Shown one piece after another: positions 1 to 10,861 of a stretch of DNA of 64,000 nt. Source of the stretch: Histomonas meleagridis 2922-C6/04-290x (lineage: Eukaryota; Protista; Parabasalia); assembly GCA_020184695.1 (NCBI GenBank), contig JAANOX010000227.1:62001-126000 (forward strand), in the 5' to 3' direction. The notes beneath the pieces are model-generated. The model was not told the DNA's origin. It saw nothing but the letters and a program-made list of their open reading frames with translations, and did not search any database. The position numbers and the translations under genes were made by a program. Numbering within the stretch: the first letter of the stretch is position 1; each line of letters opens with the position of its first letter.

Positions 1-8
1 CTAATTGG

Positions 9-13
<5 letters not shown>

Positions 14-70
<57 letters not shown>
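14..70. repeat. (TG)n microsatellite
   Basis: Uninterrupted TG dinucleotide run. Confidence 0.98.
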
Positions 71-74
<4 letters not shown>

Positions 75-245
75 ATGCAAAACAAACAGTTTTAGTTAAA
101 AAAACTATAGAAGTCATTGTGTTATTGATCAAAAATAAAAAAGTAAAGATTTTTGATATCGAGAAATTGAACGTTGAATTGTTCTTTATTCTATACTTTA
201 TAAAATTCCCGATCAAAACGCATTGAATTTTATTTCAATGGGTTA

Positions 246-3200
246 ATGCGTTCCTCAGATTTATCCCCTCTTCAAACATTATCAGAAAATACAGATAGCT
301 TTATTTATTCGGGATGCTCTTATTCATATTCGTCTGAGCAAGAAGAAGAGGAATTTACTTTTGAGCGATTATCACAAGATTTAGATTTATCTTTTTTAGA
401 TAAAGTAAAACAGAACCAACCACTATTTACAGACTATGATTTTAACATTGATATATCAAGAAAAAGAAAATATGGCTCACATAATTCAAGTAATAATAGA
501 CCTGTTCAATGTATTATTACAATAGTTCAACATGCTCTTAATTTTCCTCATGTGAAATCCGAGTATTTCAAAGACAAACCTATTATTTACGCATTTAAGA
601 ACACGCAAACCATGGATCAAATCGAATTTTCCAATAATGTCAATGAATTTTATAAAAATGAATATCAAAAAGTTTGTCCACAACTTAAGCTTTATCAATA
701 TGTATCACCCAATAATACGAAGCTTGATTTTTTTGGAGATCTTCGACGAAACATGCCTTTTGGACGGATATCATTTCATTATGTAGGCTATGGTGCCGAT
801 GACATCCATGGGGATAATCTACCGATTAATGAAAATGAGACTTATAGTTTGTCAACCATCTTTTCCAAAATTGTATGTCCTTCATGTTATGTCTTTGATT
901 GTAACAATGCTGGTTCTGTCATTCCCATCTTTGAAAAGCAAATGAAAGCGAATCATTCTCGACTTACAAATTTATTATCACAATATGATCTTAAACCTCC
1001 AGACCTTGGAGATTGGACAGTGTTTTGTCTCACCTCTGAGGGAGAGAAATTGCCCATTATCCCATATTTACCACGAGATTTTCTTTCTTCATGTATTTTC
1101 CGGCCGATAGAAACCTCCGTCATTTGCCACCTCTATCATTATTACAAAGGGGACATTCCAAAGAATTTTTTAGAGACCTTTAAAATCGATTCCAAAGAAA
1201 AACATACTGTTTCCATCTTATTAAACACTATTATTGATTCCATAGCATCGGATTATTTAAGTCCAGAATTGTTTACTGAATTTTTCCAAAAGGATAAAAT
1301 CATAACAATTTATACACGTGCATTTGTTTTAAGTGAATTTTTATTGTCGCCATTTAATATTCATCCAATTTCTCGACCAGTTTTACCAACCATGAAAAGT
1401 AATCCATTATGGAACTATTGGAAATCAATGATTAATACATTTATAATGCGAAGGTCTAAATCGAAATATATGTTTCGAGATTCATTATTAAAGAATGCTA
1501 TATCATCCTTTAATATATATGAAAACACTAATTCATTATTATCAATTATTACACATATACCATATAATGAAACTAAAGAATATGATGAATCATTAATATT
1601 ATTAACAAAATTTGCTAAAAATGATAACAAAAATCAAATTTTAATGTTTTCACCAATATTTCCAATATTATTTGAACGAATGATTAATGATATTGGAAAC
1701 ACTAAAATCTTTAAATCATTATGTTATTTAATATTAATTTTTATTGAAGATAATCCAAGTTTAATATTTTCATTAAACAAAGATATTAATTTTACTGAAT
1801 TATTTAATATAATTTTAAATGATAATATTAAGCCATCAATTAAAATATATGTAACAGCATTATTTTGTTCATTAATACCTTATATAACTAATACACATTT
1901 ATGGAATCTTTCATCATATATTGAGAAACAAAAATTTGCGTTAAAAGAATTAAACAATGAATTATTATTATGGAATTTATTATTATTTAAACGAATACTT
2001 CAACATTCGATTAATCAAATTAGTACAAAAGATCAAAAAAATATATATTTAAATATATCATTATTATTATATCATCCTTCATCTTATATTAGATCAGCAT
2101 CTTTATCATGTTTAACATTATTTATACAAAAGAATGAAACTATTACAAACATAGAATTGTTATTATTAGCTATACCTGTTAGTATTGATATGTCATATTT
2201 AGTACGATATTATTTTATAATATTTTTAACACGTTTAATTAAACGATTAATGATAGTATTAGTTTCATCATTAATTAAAAATGAATTAGTTAATGTTCAT
2301 TCGACATTTTCTGATTTAGTATCTTATTGGTATGAAAATAAAATTAAATTATTTTCTATCCAAAATAATTTTAAAGAATTTTTGAAGTTTATTAATAACT
2401 TATTAAATAATAAAGGTAACTTTAAATATTATTATAATGTAATATATTCATTAATCGAATATTTCTGTTTCGATCCTCATCCATTTATACGGAAAACAGC
2501 AATTTCGATTAAAGTTTTCTTACAACATAAGAAACAAGAAGACATTTGTCAATTATCGAATTCGATGTCTTATTCATATGAATCTTATGAAAGTTGGAAA
2601 TCGGATCCATTAGATGAAGCATTATTTAATATTAAAGAAGATAAACCAATTGAATCATCGATTTCACTTGAAGATGAATCAGATTCCATTTATAACATAT
2701 CATTAAAACATTTATTACATGATAAAACTAATGAAAACAATGAAAATTTAAACATAAAGAAAATAGAAACAAATGAATTATTATTAAATAATAACATTGA
2801 ATTAGAATTAAAATCGAAAATTTCATTTCATTCGAATATTAATAATTTATCATTTTCTAATGATTCGGAAAAATTAATAATTTCATCCGATAATAAGTTT
2901 TATCAACTTGATGATAACTTTAATATTATATATGAAAATCAAATGAATTCTACAATATCCGATATACATTATATATCTGATGATAAAATTATTATCTCAA
3001 CAACTGATGGTTGTGTATCATTATGGAATTCAACTAATTTAAACCCATCGATTATCTTTCGATCTGATTCTAATTTCCGTTGTACAGATATTTCACAATT
3101 TGTTACTATTATACCAAATACTAATCGTATTGCGACTTCACGAGGTAATTCTGGTTTAAGTATTTGGGATATTAATACACAAAAGTTAATCGGCGAATGG

Positions 3201-3683
3201 AATTTCATGGAACAACACATTGTTACTGCTTTAAATTGTTTCGAAAAAGATTTAAATATTTGTATAACTGGTTATAATAATGGAAAATTAGGTGTATTCG
3301 ATATAAGAGAGCCAATCGTTAAAGAGATTTTTAGCGTTTCATTAAATTCAGCTATTATTAATATTAAAACTTATTCGGATTTAATATACGCTGCAACGTA
3401 TGACGGAAATTTGTTTAGTTGGAACTCAGTAACAAATAAAACATCGACATCAAATGTTAATAACAAATTAAATTCATTCGATTTGTTCGGTATGTTAAAA
3501 ATAGGTTTATATACGCCATCAAAGAAATGCCCTTTCATTTATGACCTGGAAAACTCAAAGTATTTGGCACAAGTGGACGTAGAAGATTGTAAAGTGTCAA
3601 AGTTTCATAAGAATTATCCGGTGTTCGCTTGTGGAACTAAAAACGGAGAGTGCATAAAGTTCAAGATGAAAACGAAAAAATAA
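246..3683 (+). CDS. RPTOR: Raptor/KOG1-like TORC1 scaffold (RNC domain, armadillo/HEAT region, C-terminal WD40)
   Basis: RNC motifs SFHYVGYG, PSCYVFDCNNAG and EKLPIIPYLPRDFLSSCIFRP; helical middle region; WD-type repeats (GCVSLWN, GLSIWD, GKLGVFD) at the C-terminus; 1145 aa intact. Confidence 0.88.
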   Translation: MRSSDLSPLQTLSENTDSFIYSGCSYSYSSEQEEEEFTFERLSQDLDLSFLDKVKQNQPLFTDYDFNIDISRKRKYGSHNSSNNRPVQCIITIVQHALNFPHVKSEYFKDKPIIYAFKNTQTMDQIEFSNNVNEFYKNEYQKVCPQLKLYQYVSPNNTKLDFFGDLRRNMPFGRISFHYVGYGADDIHGDNLPINENETYSLSTIFSKIVCPSCYVFDCNNAGSVIPIFEKQMKANHSRLTNLLSQYDLKPPDLGDWTVFCLTSEGEKLPIIPYLPRDFLSSCIFRPIETSVICHLYHYYKGDIPKNFLETFKIDSKEKHTVSILLNTIIDSIASDYLSPELFTEFFQKDKIITIYTRAFVLSEFLLSPFNIHPISRPVLPTMKSNPLWNYWKSMINTFIMRRSKSKYMFRDSLLKNAISSFNIYENTNSLLSIITHIPYNETKEYDESLILLTKFAKNDNKNQILMFSPIFPILFERMINDIGNTKIFKSLCYLILIFIEDNPSLIFSLNKDINFTELFNIILNDNIKPSIKIYVTALFCSLIPYITNTHLWNLSSYIEKQKFALKELNNELLLWNLLLFKRILQHSINQISTKDQKNIYLNISLLLYHPSSYIRSASLSCLTLFIQKNETITNIELLLLAIPVSIDMSYLVRYYFIIFLTRLIKRLMIVLVSSLIKNELVNVHSTFSDLVSYWYENKIKLFSIQNNFKEFLKFINNLLNNKGNFKYYYNVIYSLIEYFCFDPHPFIRKTAISIKVFLQHKKQEDICQLSNSMSYSYESYESWKSDPLDEALFNIKEDKPIESSISLEDESDSIYNISLKHLLHDKTNENNENLNIKKIETNELLLNNNIELELKSKISFHSNINNLSFSNDSEKLIISSDNKFYQLDDNFNIIYENQMNSTISDIHYISDDKIIISTTDGCVSLWNSTNLNPSIIFRSDSNFRCTDISQFVTIIPNTNRIATSRGNSGLSIWDINTQKLIGEWNFMEQHIVTALNCFEKDLNICITGYNNGKLGVFDIREPIVKEIFSVSLNSAIINIKTYSDLIYAATYDGNLFSWNSVTNKTSTSNVNNKLNSFDLFGMLKIGLYTPSKKCPFIYDLENSKYLAQVDVEDCKVSKFHKNYPVFACGTKNGECIKFKMKTKK

Positions 3684-4339
3684 AATAATGTTTAAAAATC
3701 CAATAAAATTGACGGTTTAATGATTTTTTTTTTTTGGTATCGGGTGTTTGTCTTATCCCAAGAAAAGTTTACGTATTCATAATGTCTTCAATAAATTGTT
3801 CAGGAAATGGGACAACAAATCCGGATTTTGTTGTGAAAAAACGATACAGTGATTTCTAAACATTGACGATTATTTTCTTAAAACGATCATGACGGTTTCG
3901 TATATTCAATTTTGCCTATCGTAAATATAACCGTTGCAACTGGACGATAGATTTTTTTCTGTAGATTAACGATCATTTGTCAAAAGAATTAATCAAAGGA
4001 AACGTCCAATCATTGTTCGCTTCAGAATTATTGTTTTAGAGGGATTTAATAGTTTTTTGTGTACGACTGGAGCTGGAATCGGTATCAAAGGGAAATCCTT
4101 TAGTAATTGAATTGGAAATGATTAAAAATAATTCAATTTGTATGTCTCAGCATAACTGGAAGAAGACCGAATTTATGAATAAAAACACATATTAAATCGC
4201 GCACAATAATGAACAAGTGTCTCGTATATTAAGATTTAAAAAATTTAAAGAATCAAAATATATTTTGAAATTTATAAAAAAAAATTTTTTTTATTGAAAA
4301 TATGTTATTTGGTACACCAAAAGAAAGAAAATAAAAATT

Positions 4340-4852
4340 TTAAAGGGAATGCGAACGAACCAAATCTGATGAAATAACAGCAAGTGTTGTAAGAACAATT
4401 TCTTCATATGTATAAGCTTGAAGCATTTCATCATTTATTTGAAAGATTTCTCTAAGATGTGGATAATCAATAAAATGTGTTGAAAAAAATGTATTTAATT
4501 CGACTTCTTCGCCAATACCCGGAATGGTTGGTATACCATCTTCAAATGTAACAACTATAATTTCTTTAGTTGCATCTGTAATAATAAGATGCTTTAAAGC
4601 ACCTGATAAACGACCATCTGGTGAAAGACATCGAAGAATTTCCATATAAATACTTTTACTGCGCATTAGCCCTAATTTTTCAGTTGAAATTGCATTAAGA
4701 ATTGCTGAAGAAAGTTGAGAAATTGAAACTATGAGTGAACCATCTAATGCACAAAGTTTTGGTTGATTGGTTTTAATATAATTATTTACTTCTTGCGGTG
4801 AGGTGACATTTTGAAAACAATAAATTTGATATTTAATTCCACATTCTTCCAT
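4340..4852 (-). CDS. CGI121: KEOPS complex subunit Cgi121/TPRKB
   Basis: 170 aa; LCALDGSLIVS..QL..AILNA...MRSKSIYMEILRCLSPDGRLSGALKHL matches the Cgi121 pattern. Confidence 0.8.
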   Translation of the reverse strand: MEECGIKYQIYCFQNVTSPQEVNNYIKTNQPKLCALDGSLIVSISQLSSAILNAISTEKLGLMRSKSIYMEILRCLSPDGRLSGALKHLIITDATKEIIVVTFEDGIPTIPGIGEEVELNTFFSTHFIDYPHLREIFQINDEMLQAYTYEEIVLTTLAVISSDLVRSHSL

Positions 4853-5250
4853 GTTTTGTTCGCCAAATAATATTTGGCATAAATTTTTGAATCAAAATAA
4901 TTTGACATATTTTTTTCAAGAATGTTCCACCACCTTTCGTCCCCCCCCCCCCCAAAAAAAAAAAACGCTACAGGTATACACTGATATAACTTTTTGAACG
5001 CTTAGAGGAGGGCCATTTTATTTAGATAATGACAATTTTATTTACTCACAAATATTTCGAATTGGGAAAGATTCTGTTTACACAACAATGATTCACAAAT
5101 ATCTGAAAAAGTCACTAAATGGTCAAAATCAATCGATTTTTCAACGTCAAAAAAAAAACCGTGTTGTATACAATACAATTGTAGCAGCTTGCCATTCCCG
5201 CAAACGAAGAAGCAGCATTCAATATTTGATTTGTTATAAATCTATGAAAA

Positions 5251-7392
5251 ATGTGGGTTGACATATTTAAAATTCCTACAATGAATCAATGTTATCTCTT
5301 ACTATTGATACCAACACATATATGTTGCACTACAATTAATTCGCAAAGAAAATCAATGTTGGTAAATAATATTATTGACCACGTTTCAAATATGTTGACA
5401 TATCGAGATCTTAATTTTTTTGTTTTTCAAAATATTTCAAAATATTTATATTTTATTCACCAATTTTCATTTACAAATAAATTGCATTTATCTCGTTTTC
5501 ATCCAAAATGTTGTTTTACCTTGTTACAACAATTTTCTTTTAGAAAAAATCTTAAGGATTTTTATTTGCTTTCTTCTGGATTTTGTTTTGTTAAAAATTT
5601 GGCAATACATTCATCTATATCAAATAATTGTATAATAGAAATTACTTTTCTTGTATTTATTTTATTCTTCATTAAAAATTCATTTTTAAAACAATATTTT
5701 ATCAAAAATATCTTTGTTGAAAAATATTCAAATAAAACTCAAATCATTTTATTTATTTTCTTTTTTATCCAAACATTTGAAATATATGATACAACTAATC
5801 AAACACTTATCATAAAAACATTAAAAGAATATCAAGATAGAAATTACAACAAAAATGCAGTACATGTTGTGATTTATGATGGTGTTGAAGAATTAGATTC
5901 ATCTGCATTTTATGAATGGCCTAATTTATTATCAGTTAATATTGGGAATTCAGTTACTTTGATTGGAACTCAAGCATTTTCAACGTGCACGTACCTTGAA
6001 ACAGTCACGATTGGTAATAATGTTAAAACTATTGGAACTCAAGCATTTTATCTTTGTATAGGATTAGAAACGATAAATTTTGGAAAAAATATTACATCAA
6101 TTGGTAGATCAGCTTTTTATTCATGTTCATCCTTGATAACCATAACAATACCTTGTTTAGTAACAGTAATTGAAAATAATTTATGTGAGGAATGTACTTG
6201 TTTAGAAATAGTAAATTTTGGAGAAAATGTAACAACTATTAAAAGTTCAGCATTTCAATCATGCACATCAATAAAGAACATCACAGTACCAAAATCAGTG
6301 AAATTAATTGAAGCAGGTGCTTTTACTGGTTGTCATCATATTTTTTTCACCATATCAACTGAAAATGAACATTATTCAGAAAGTAATGGAATTCTTTATA
6401 ACAAAAACAAAACAACATTAATATGTTATCCTGATAAAATTCATTCTAATAAATTTGAAATTCCAAATTATGTTACAACAATTGGAAGTTTTGCATTTTA
6501 TGATTCCTCTTTTATAAATATTACAATTCCCAATTCAATTACAATAATTGAGAATTTTGCATTTCAATCATCAAAATATTTAGAAACACTTTATATTGGT
6601 GAAAATGTTGCTTTAATTGGTAACTTTGCATTTAGTGATTGTATTCATCTCAGATGTGTTTATTTTATTGGATATAATGAACCAAATGTATCTGCAGGTG
6701 CATTTTATCAAGTAGACATTAAAATTGTTATGACATCTCATCAATATCAAAGCTCAAAATTTGGTTTGCTTAATGTATTAAAAGGTACTACATTTGACGA
6801 ATGTATTCAATATCCTTGGCCAACAGATACATTTACATTCACAGCATCAAATACATTTACTAAATCTAAATCATTTACTGAATCCAATCAACTTGAATAT
6901 TCTTCGAATTCATTAATATATACCAAATCAAACACATTTGAATTTTCAAATATAGATTCAAACTTTTCATATGTTTTAACATGTACCTTATCCTATACTC
7001 GTTCATTTACAATTTCTGTGTATTTATCAAATTCTTTGTCTCTTACAATAATTAACTCAAAGACCACTTTCATTTTTTATGAACGTTCATATTTTTTCTA
7101 TTCAATTTCTTATTATCCTTCATATTATATTTTATATTCCTTAATTTCATTCAACAATAACCAGTCAAACAATACTATTAACAAAGGTGTTTTATCGGGA
7201 ATTATATGTGGTGCTGTTATATTAGTTCTTTTGATTATTGGTATCATTATTTTGGTATTTCGGAATACCAAAGGAAAAATTTCGAATGTTACAGAATTTG
7301 TTTCAAGTTCATCAGGAGAAGCAGTGCATTTAAACAAAGAAGTGAGTGAATTTGTACATAATGATGCTGATAATTGGTTGGTATCTAAATAA
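5251..7392 (+). CDS. BspA-like (TpLRR/LRR_5) surface protein with C-terminal transmembrane helix; true start uncertain
   Basis: Repeats of L.xIxIGxxVTxIGxxAFxxCxxL, a Ser/Thr-rich stalk, TM segment GVLSGIICGAVILVLLIIGIIILVF and a short cytoplasmic tail. Confidence 0.88.
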   Translation: MWVDIFKIPTMNQCYLLLLIPTHICCTTINSQRKSMLVNNIIDHVSNMLTYRDLNFFVFQNISKYLYFIHQFSFTNKLHLSRFHPKCCFTLLQQFSFRKNLKDFYLLSSGFCFVKNLAIHSSISNNCIIEITFLVFILFFIKNSFLKQYFIKNIFVEKYSNKTQIILFIFFFIQTFEIYDTTNQTLIIKTLKEYQDRNYNKNAVHVVIYDGVEELDSSAFYEWPNLLSVNIGNSVTLIGTQAFSTCTYLETVTIGNNVKTIGTQAFYLCIGLETINFGKNITSIGRSAFYSCSSLITITIPCLVTVIENNLCEECTCLEIVNFGENVTTIKSSAFQSCTSIKNITVPKSVKLIEAGAFTGCHHIFFTISTENEHYSESNGILYNKNKTTLICYPDKIHSNKFEIPNYVTTIGSFAFYDSSFINITIPNSITIIENFAFQSSKYLETLYIGENVALIGNFAFSDCIHLRCVYFIGYNEPNVSAGAFYQVDIKIVMTSHQYQSSKFGLLNVLKGTTFDECIQYPWPTDTFTFTASNTFTKSKSFTESNQLEYSSNSLIYTKSNTFEFSNIDSNFSYVLTCTLSYTRSFTISVYLSNSLSLTIINSKTTFIFYERSYFFYSISYYPSYYILYSLISFNNNQSNNTINKGVLSGIICGAVILVLLIIGIIILVFRNTKGKISNVTEFVSSSSGEAVHLNKEVSEFVHNDADNWLVSK

Positions 7393-7650
7393 ATTTTCAA
7401 AAATAGAGACAGGCTTTGATAAAAAAGATTTCTATTGTAATAAACTTAAACTAAACATTTTTTTGATATAATAACTGTATAATCAAAATATACAATGAAT
7501 GTACAAATACACAGGATTGTTGCTATTTATTCATACTTTATTTGATTTTGTTTTAAGATATTATGAGACGAAATATTAATTTTAAATTTAGATATGTTAC
7601 AATTAATTTCAGTTTACTGAAAAAAGTGTATAAATTTTTTGGAATTACTA

Positions 7651-7898
7651 TTAATTCCGATTTGGCTGCTGAAGCAAATTAACTATTTTAGTATGCTTAT
7701 GCTTGGATGCAAAATCAAGTGCTGTTTCAAACAATATAAATAATTTCCAAATATTATTTTGAGATCCAAAATTAATAAAACAAATTATATTTAAAATAAA
7801 TTAACATTTTCAGCATTAATATCAATTCCTTTTTGCTTTAGAAGTAATTTGACTATTTTTAAATGACCATTTTCAGATGCATACATAAGTGCTGTAAA
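7651..7898 (-). pseudogene. Two ankyrin-repeat modules separated by an 80-bp AT-rich spacer (3' end of an ankyrin gene or remnant)
   Basis: Minus strand reads FTALMYASENGHLKIVKLLLKQKGIDINAE, then a spacer (7729-7808), then ETALDFASKHKHTKIVNLLQQPNRN*. Confidence 0.7.
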
Positions 7899-9011
7899 AA
7901 ACAATTTAAATATTTAAGTTAAGTTAAAAAATATCCCAAAATCATTTGAGATTTCTGTAAACAAATGTGGTGTGTCAAAAAACGTTAATGGTACCTGACG
8001 AATATTTCTTCAATAAAAAGTTTAAATATTATATGAATATATAACACTATATATGTAATATTTAAAAACATTGTTTTATTATGTTTGAATATATTATATA
8101 TTGAGATTTTTTGAATTTTTTTTTGATTTTTAATTCAATAGTTTATGTAACTTTTGAGTATAAAGTGATCGACTTCTTTCATATACGACTGTTAATATCT
8201 ATTGGGAAATATGTTATAATTCCTTTAATTTTGATTACTATAATTTCAAGTAATGATGTTATTTTGAAATTATGGATTGATCTTTAAATTTTTGAGTTGC
8301 CAAATCCGAAATTTATAATAATGAAATGATCAAATTTGCAAATTTTTTAGTGTAATTAACGAATTAAACATTATAATTTTGGTATGACTGTCATATGTCA
8401 TACGTTTTGATGAAATTAATTAGTATAATAAGTTGAGTGTTACAGATAATTCGTTTGGTGGTATGATGGTAAATTTCAATATCATTCAATTACCCCATAT
8501 CGTTGCCCAAGCGGCTGTATTCGAATTTGAATTATAATACGTTTAAAAACCACTCAATTAGCCCATATCGTTATCCAAGGTGGTTTTATTCAGAAAATCA
8601 TTTCCGATACGGAAAAAACCGCTTTTAGGTTATTGTTGCGAAAAGCATTGGGTTGGGTTTTCATCATCTATGTAGAATTGGGAAAAACGAGCATCATTAT
8701 TAAAACTGTTGAGAATTTAAATTAACATCAAAGAAAAGAAAATAAAGTTTTCAACATAAATAAATTGAATAATTTCCAAATTTGGAATTTTAATCTCAAA
8801 TCATAATAATAGATTTTGATTATAGCAAATAAATATCAATGTTTTTTGTTGAATTTTCGAACGATCCAAATATTTCGAAAAATAAGGAAATTGTAAACTT
8901 CGGAAATTCGACTTTTTCAATTTATTTTCATCTGCCATTTGAATTTATTCTTCAATGGAAAAACGAATCCGAATTTAAAGAAAGAAAGGTTCAATTGAAT
9001 TTATTATACTT

Positions 9012-10166
9012 TTAGAACATGTGCAGCATTGGCAAAAGGTCATCTCGTAAATGCAAAACCGACAATGCATTCCCAATCGATATAATTGATACAGATGGCG
9101 GATCCAAGAACAAACTTCCCATTGTACAAACTAACGCTCTTTTAGCAGCAGAGAACGCCAGTGACCCCGAATATTGCCTTGGCAGCTTGAATAAACCAGC
9201 TTTTGTGATAAATCCATCTGTCAATAGTGTTGAATCATTATCCGGCATCACGTAAAATGCAAACCATTGTTGATCGTCAAGATTTACAGCGTATAAATAT
9301 GTGTAATCCGAATCAATTTGTCCTCCGATGACAAATAAATAATGACATGCAACTACGCACATCGCGTCAGTAAGTTCTGGTGGTGGAGCTGTGCCTCCAC
9401 AGCGCATTATCTCAAAGGTTCCAAGCTCGCGATCAAATTTGGCAAGTGGATGTCCACGTGTAGATCCAAAAACATAACTGAATCGACTGCCAAGTTCATC
9501 ACAATAAACAGCGGCACGCCGACCACTGATTTCGACTTCTTTGGCTTGACAACTGCCATCACTAAAATTATATTCATACATATCGTTAAGAATTACCCCG
9601 TTAAAGCCGCTCCAGACAAAGAGTGTGGATGATGATCCTAAAAATAGAATACATTTTTCACGAGGTGGAATTTGACAGTCAAATCTGGTAATTTGTAAAG
9701 TTTCAAGATTAATAGAATGCAAATCAGAAAGATAACCACGCGGATCAGTGCCACCAAAAATTATCATTTCACGACCATATAAGATTGCAGAGCAGTTGGT
9801 ACGTGGAGATAAAATTGAGTCTGAAATCTTTCGCCAAAGAAGAGTTTTAAGGTCAAGTGCCCACATGTCATTAAGGTGGTGACCATGAGCATCAATACCA
9901 TAACAAATTATTAAGCAGTCTGTTACTGGATCATAAACATGGCATTGACCTGTACGTGCAATAGGTGATTCACATGGTGGTAGATACATTGACCAAACCC
10001 CATTAAATGGTGGTCTAGCAATAGTTGTTTTAAGTGAATAAACATTTTTATTTGATCCAATTGCTTGTGAATATTCACTTTGCTTAGATCGTTTTACTGG
10101 CATCATTGGTGGGGCTCCAACGGATTTAAGATATTCAATGTTGTTTCTGCTTGTTGTATTTCCCAT
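9012..10166 (-). CDS. Kelch-repeat beta-propeller protein with possible N-myristoylation (MGNTTS)
   Basis: Kelch motifs LIICYG..LNDMWALD..W, MIIFGG..LSDLHSIN, LFVWSG..LNDMYEY and LFVIGG. Confidence 0.85.
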   Translation of the reverse strand: MGNTTSRNNIEYLKSVGAPPMMPVKRSKQSEYSQAIGSNKNVYSLKTTIARPPFNGVWSMYLPPCESPIARTGQCHVYDPVTDCLIICYGIDAHGHHLNDMWALDLKTLLWRKISDSILSPRTNCSAILYGREMIIFGGTDPRGYLSDLHSINLETLQITRFDCQIPPREKCILFLGSSSTLFVWSGFNGVILNDMYEYNFSDGSCQAKEVEISGRRAAVYCDELGSRFSYVFGSTRGHPLAKFDRELGTFEIMRCGGTAPPPELTDAMCVVACHYLFVIGGQIDSDYTYLYAVNLDDQQWFAFYVMPDNDSTLLTDGFITKAGLFKLPRQYSGSLAFSAAKRALVCTMGSLFLDPPSVSIISIGNALSVLHLRDDLLPMLHMF

Positions 10167-10454
10167 TTTGCCGGTGAAAATATGATAACCGAAAAAACCG
10201 AAAATAAACTTATCAATAATCTGAGTATAATGTAACCAACTTCTTCCAGAATGCGAGTTTAAAGTGAAAAACTAAAGTTAATAGCAAAGAATAAAAGACA
10301 TGTTTACAATCCTTTAAGATATTGATTATTATATAAGTTTTCATTTAATCCGTATTAAATTAGAAGTTTTTTTGGCCAAAAAGAAGTAGAGAATAATATT
10401 GTTTGAATTAGTAATGATACGTTTTATTTTATGAGATTCTTTAACAAACATTTA

Positions 10455-10766
10455 TTAATAAAGTCTTAAAAATGGAAGTGTCAATTTTGGTTCCTCATCA
10501 AGTGGATCTGCATTTTCCTCTGGCGCAAACTCCGGTAATTGATTCTTAGGCTCAATTTGTTCATTTGAATCTTCATCATCTTCTTCATTATCATGTTCAT
10601 TCGTAGATAGATTGCTACTATTTACTACAGGCTCATTTGAATCTTCATCATCTTCTTCATTATCATGTTCATTCGTAGATAGATTACTACTATTTACTAC
10701 AGGCTCATTTTCATTTTCTTCTTCTCTGTTTTCATTGTTTTGATCGAATTGTGTGGTTTCTTCCAT
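10455..10766 (-). CDS. Small acidic low-complexity protein containing a 24-aa tandem duplication
   Basis: ORF of 103 aa with EPVVNSSNLSTNEHDNEEDDEDSN present twice; no recognisable domain. Confidence 0.4.
   Translation of the reverse strand: MEETTQFDQNNENREEENENEPVVNSSNLSTNEHDNEEDDEDSNEPVVNSSNLSTNEHDNEEDDEDSNEQIEPKNQLPEFAPEENADPLDEEPKLTLPFLRLY
10561..10710. repeat. 72-bp tandem duplication
   Basis: 10561-10632 is repeated at 10633-10704 with one mismatch. Confidence 0.9.
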
Positions 10767-10861
10767 TTATGTAACACTACATAAAATTTGACGACAAAAA
10801 GCACTTAAATTTTTTTTTAAAAAATGTGATTTTCGATTGTTGTGCTATCTGCAATAAATTA

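Noticed and set aside
1-226. ORFs 1..216 and 5..226
   Set aside because: Translations of the TG microsatellite.
246-1100. Raptor caspase-like His-Gly changed to Tyr-Gly (HYVGYG)
   Set aside because: The Raptor N-terminal domain is not known to act as a protease, so the change is likely ordinary divergence.
3740-4200. Coding-like minus-strand fragments after Raptor
   Set aside because: Broken in all frames with no recognisable motif.
8483-8579. 29-bp direct repeat (4 mismatches, 68-bp offset) in an intergenic island
   Set aside because: Only two copies, with no recognisable RNA fold or element boundary.
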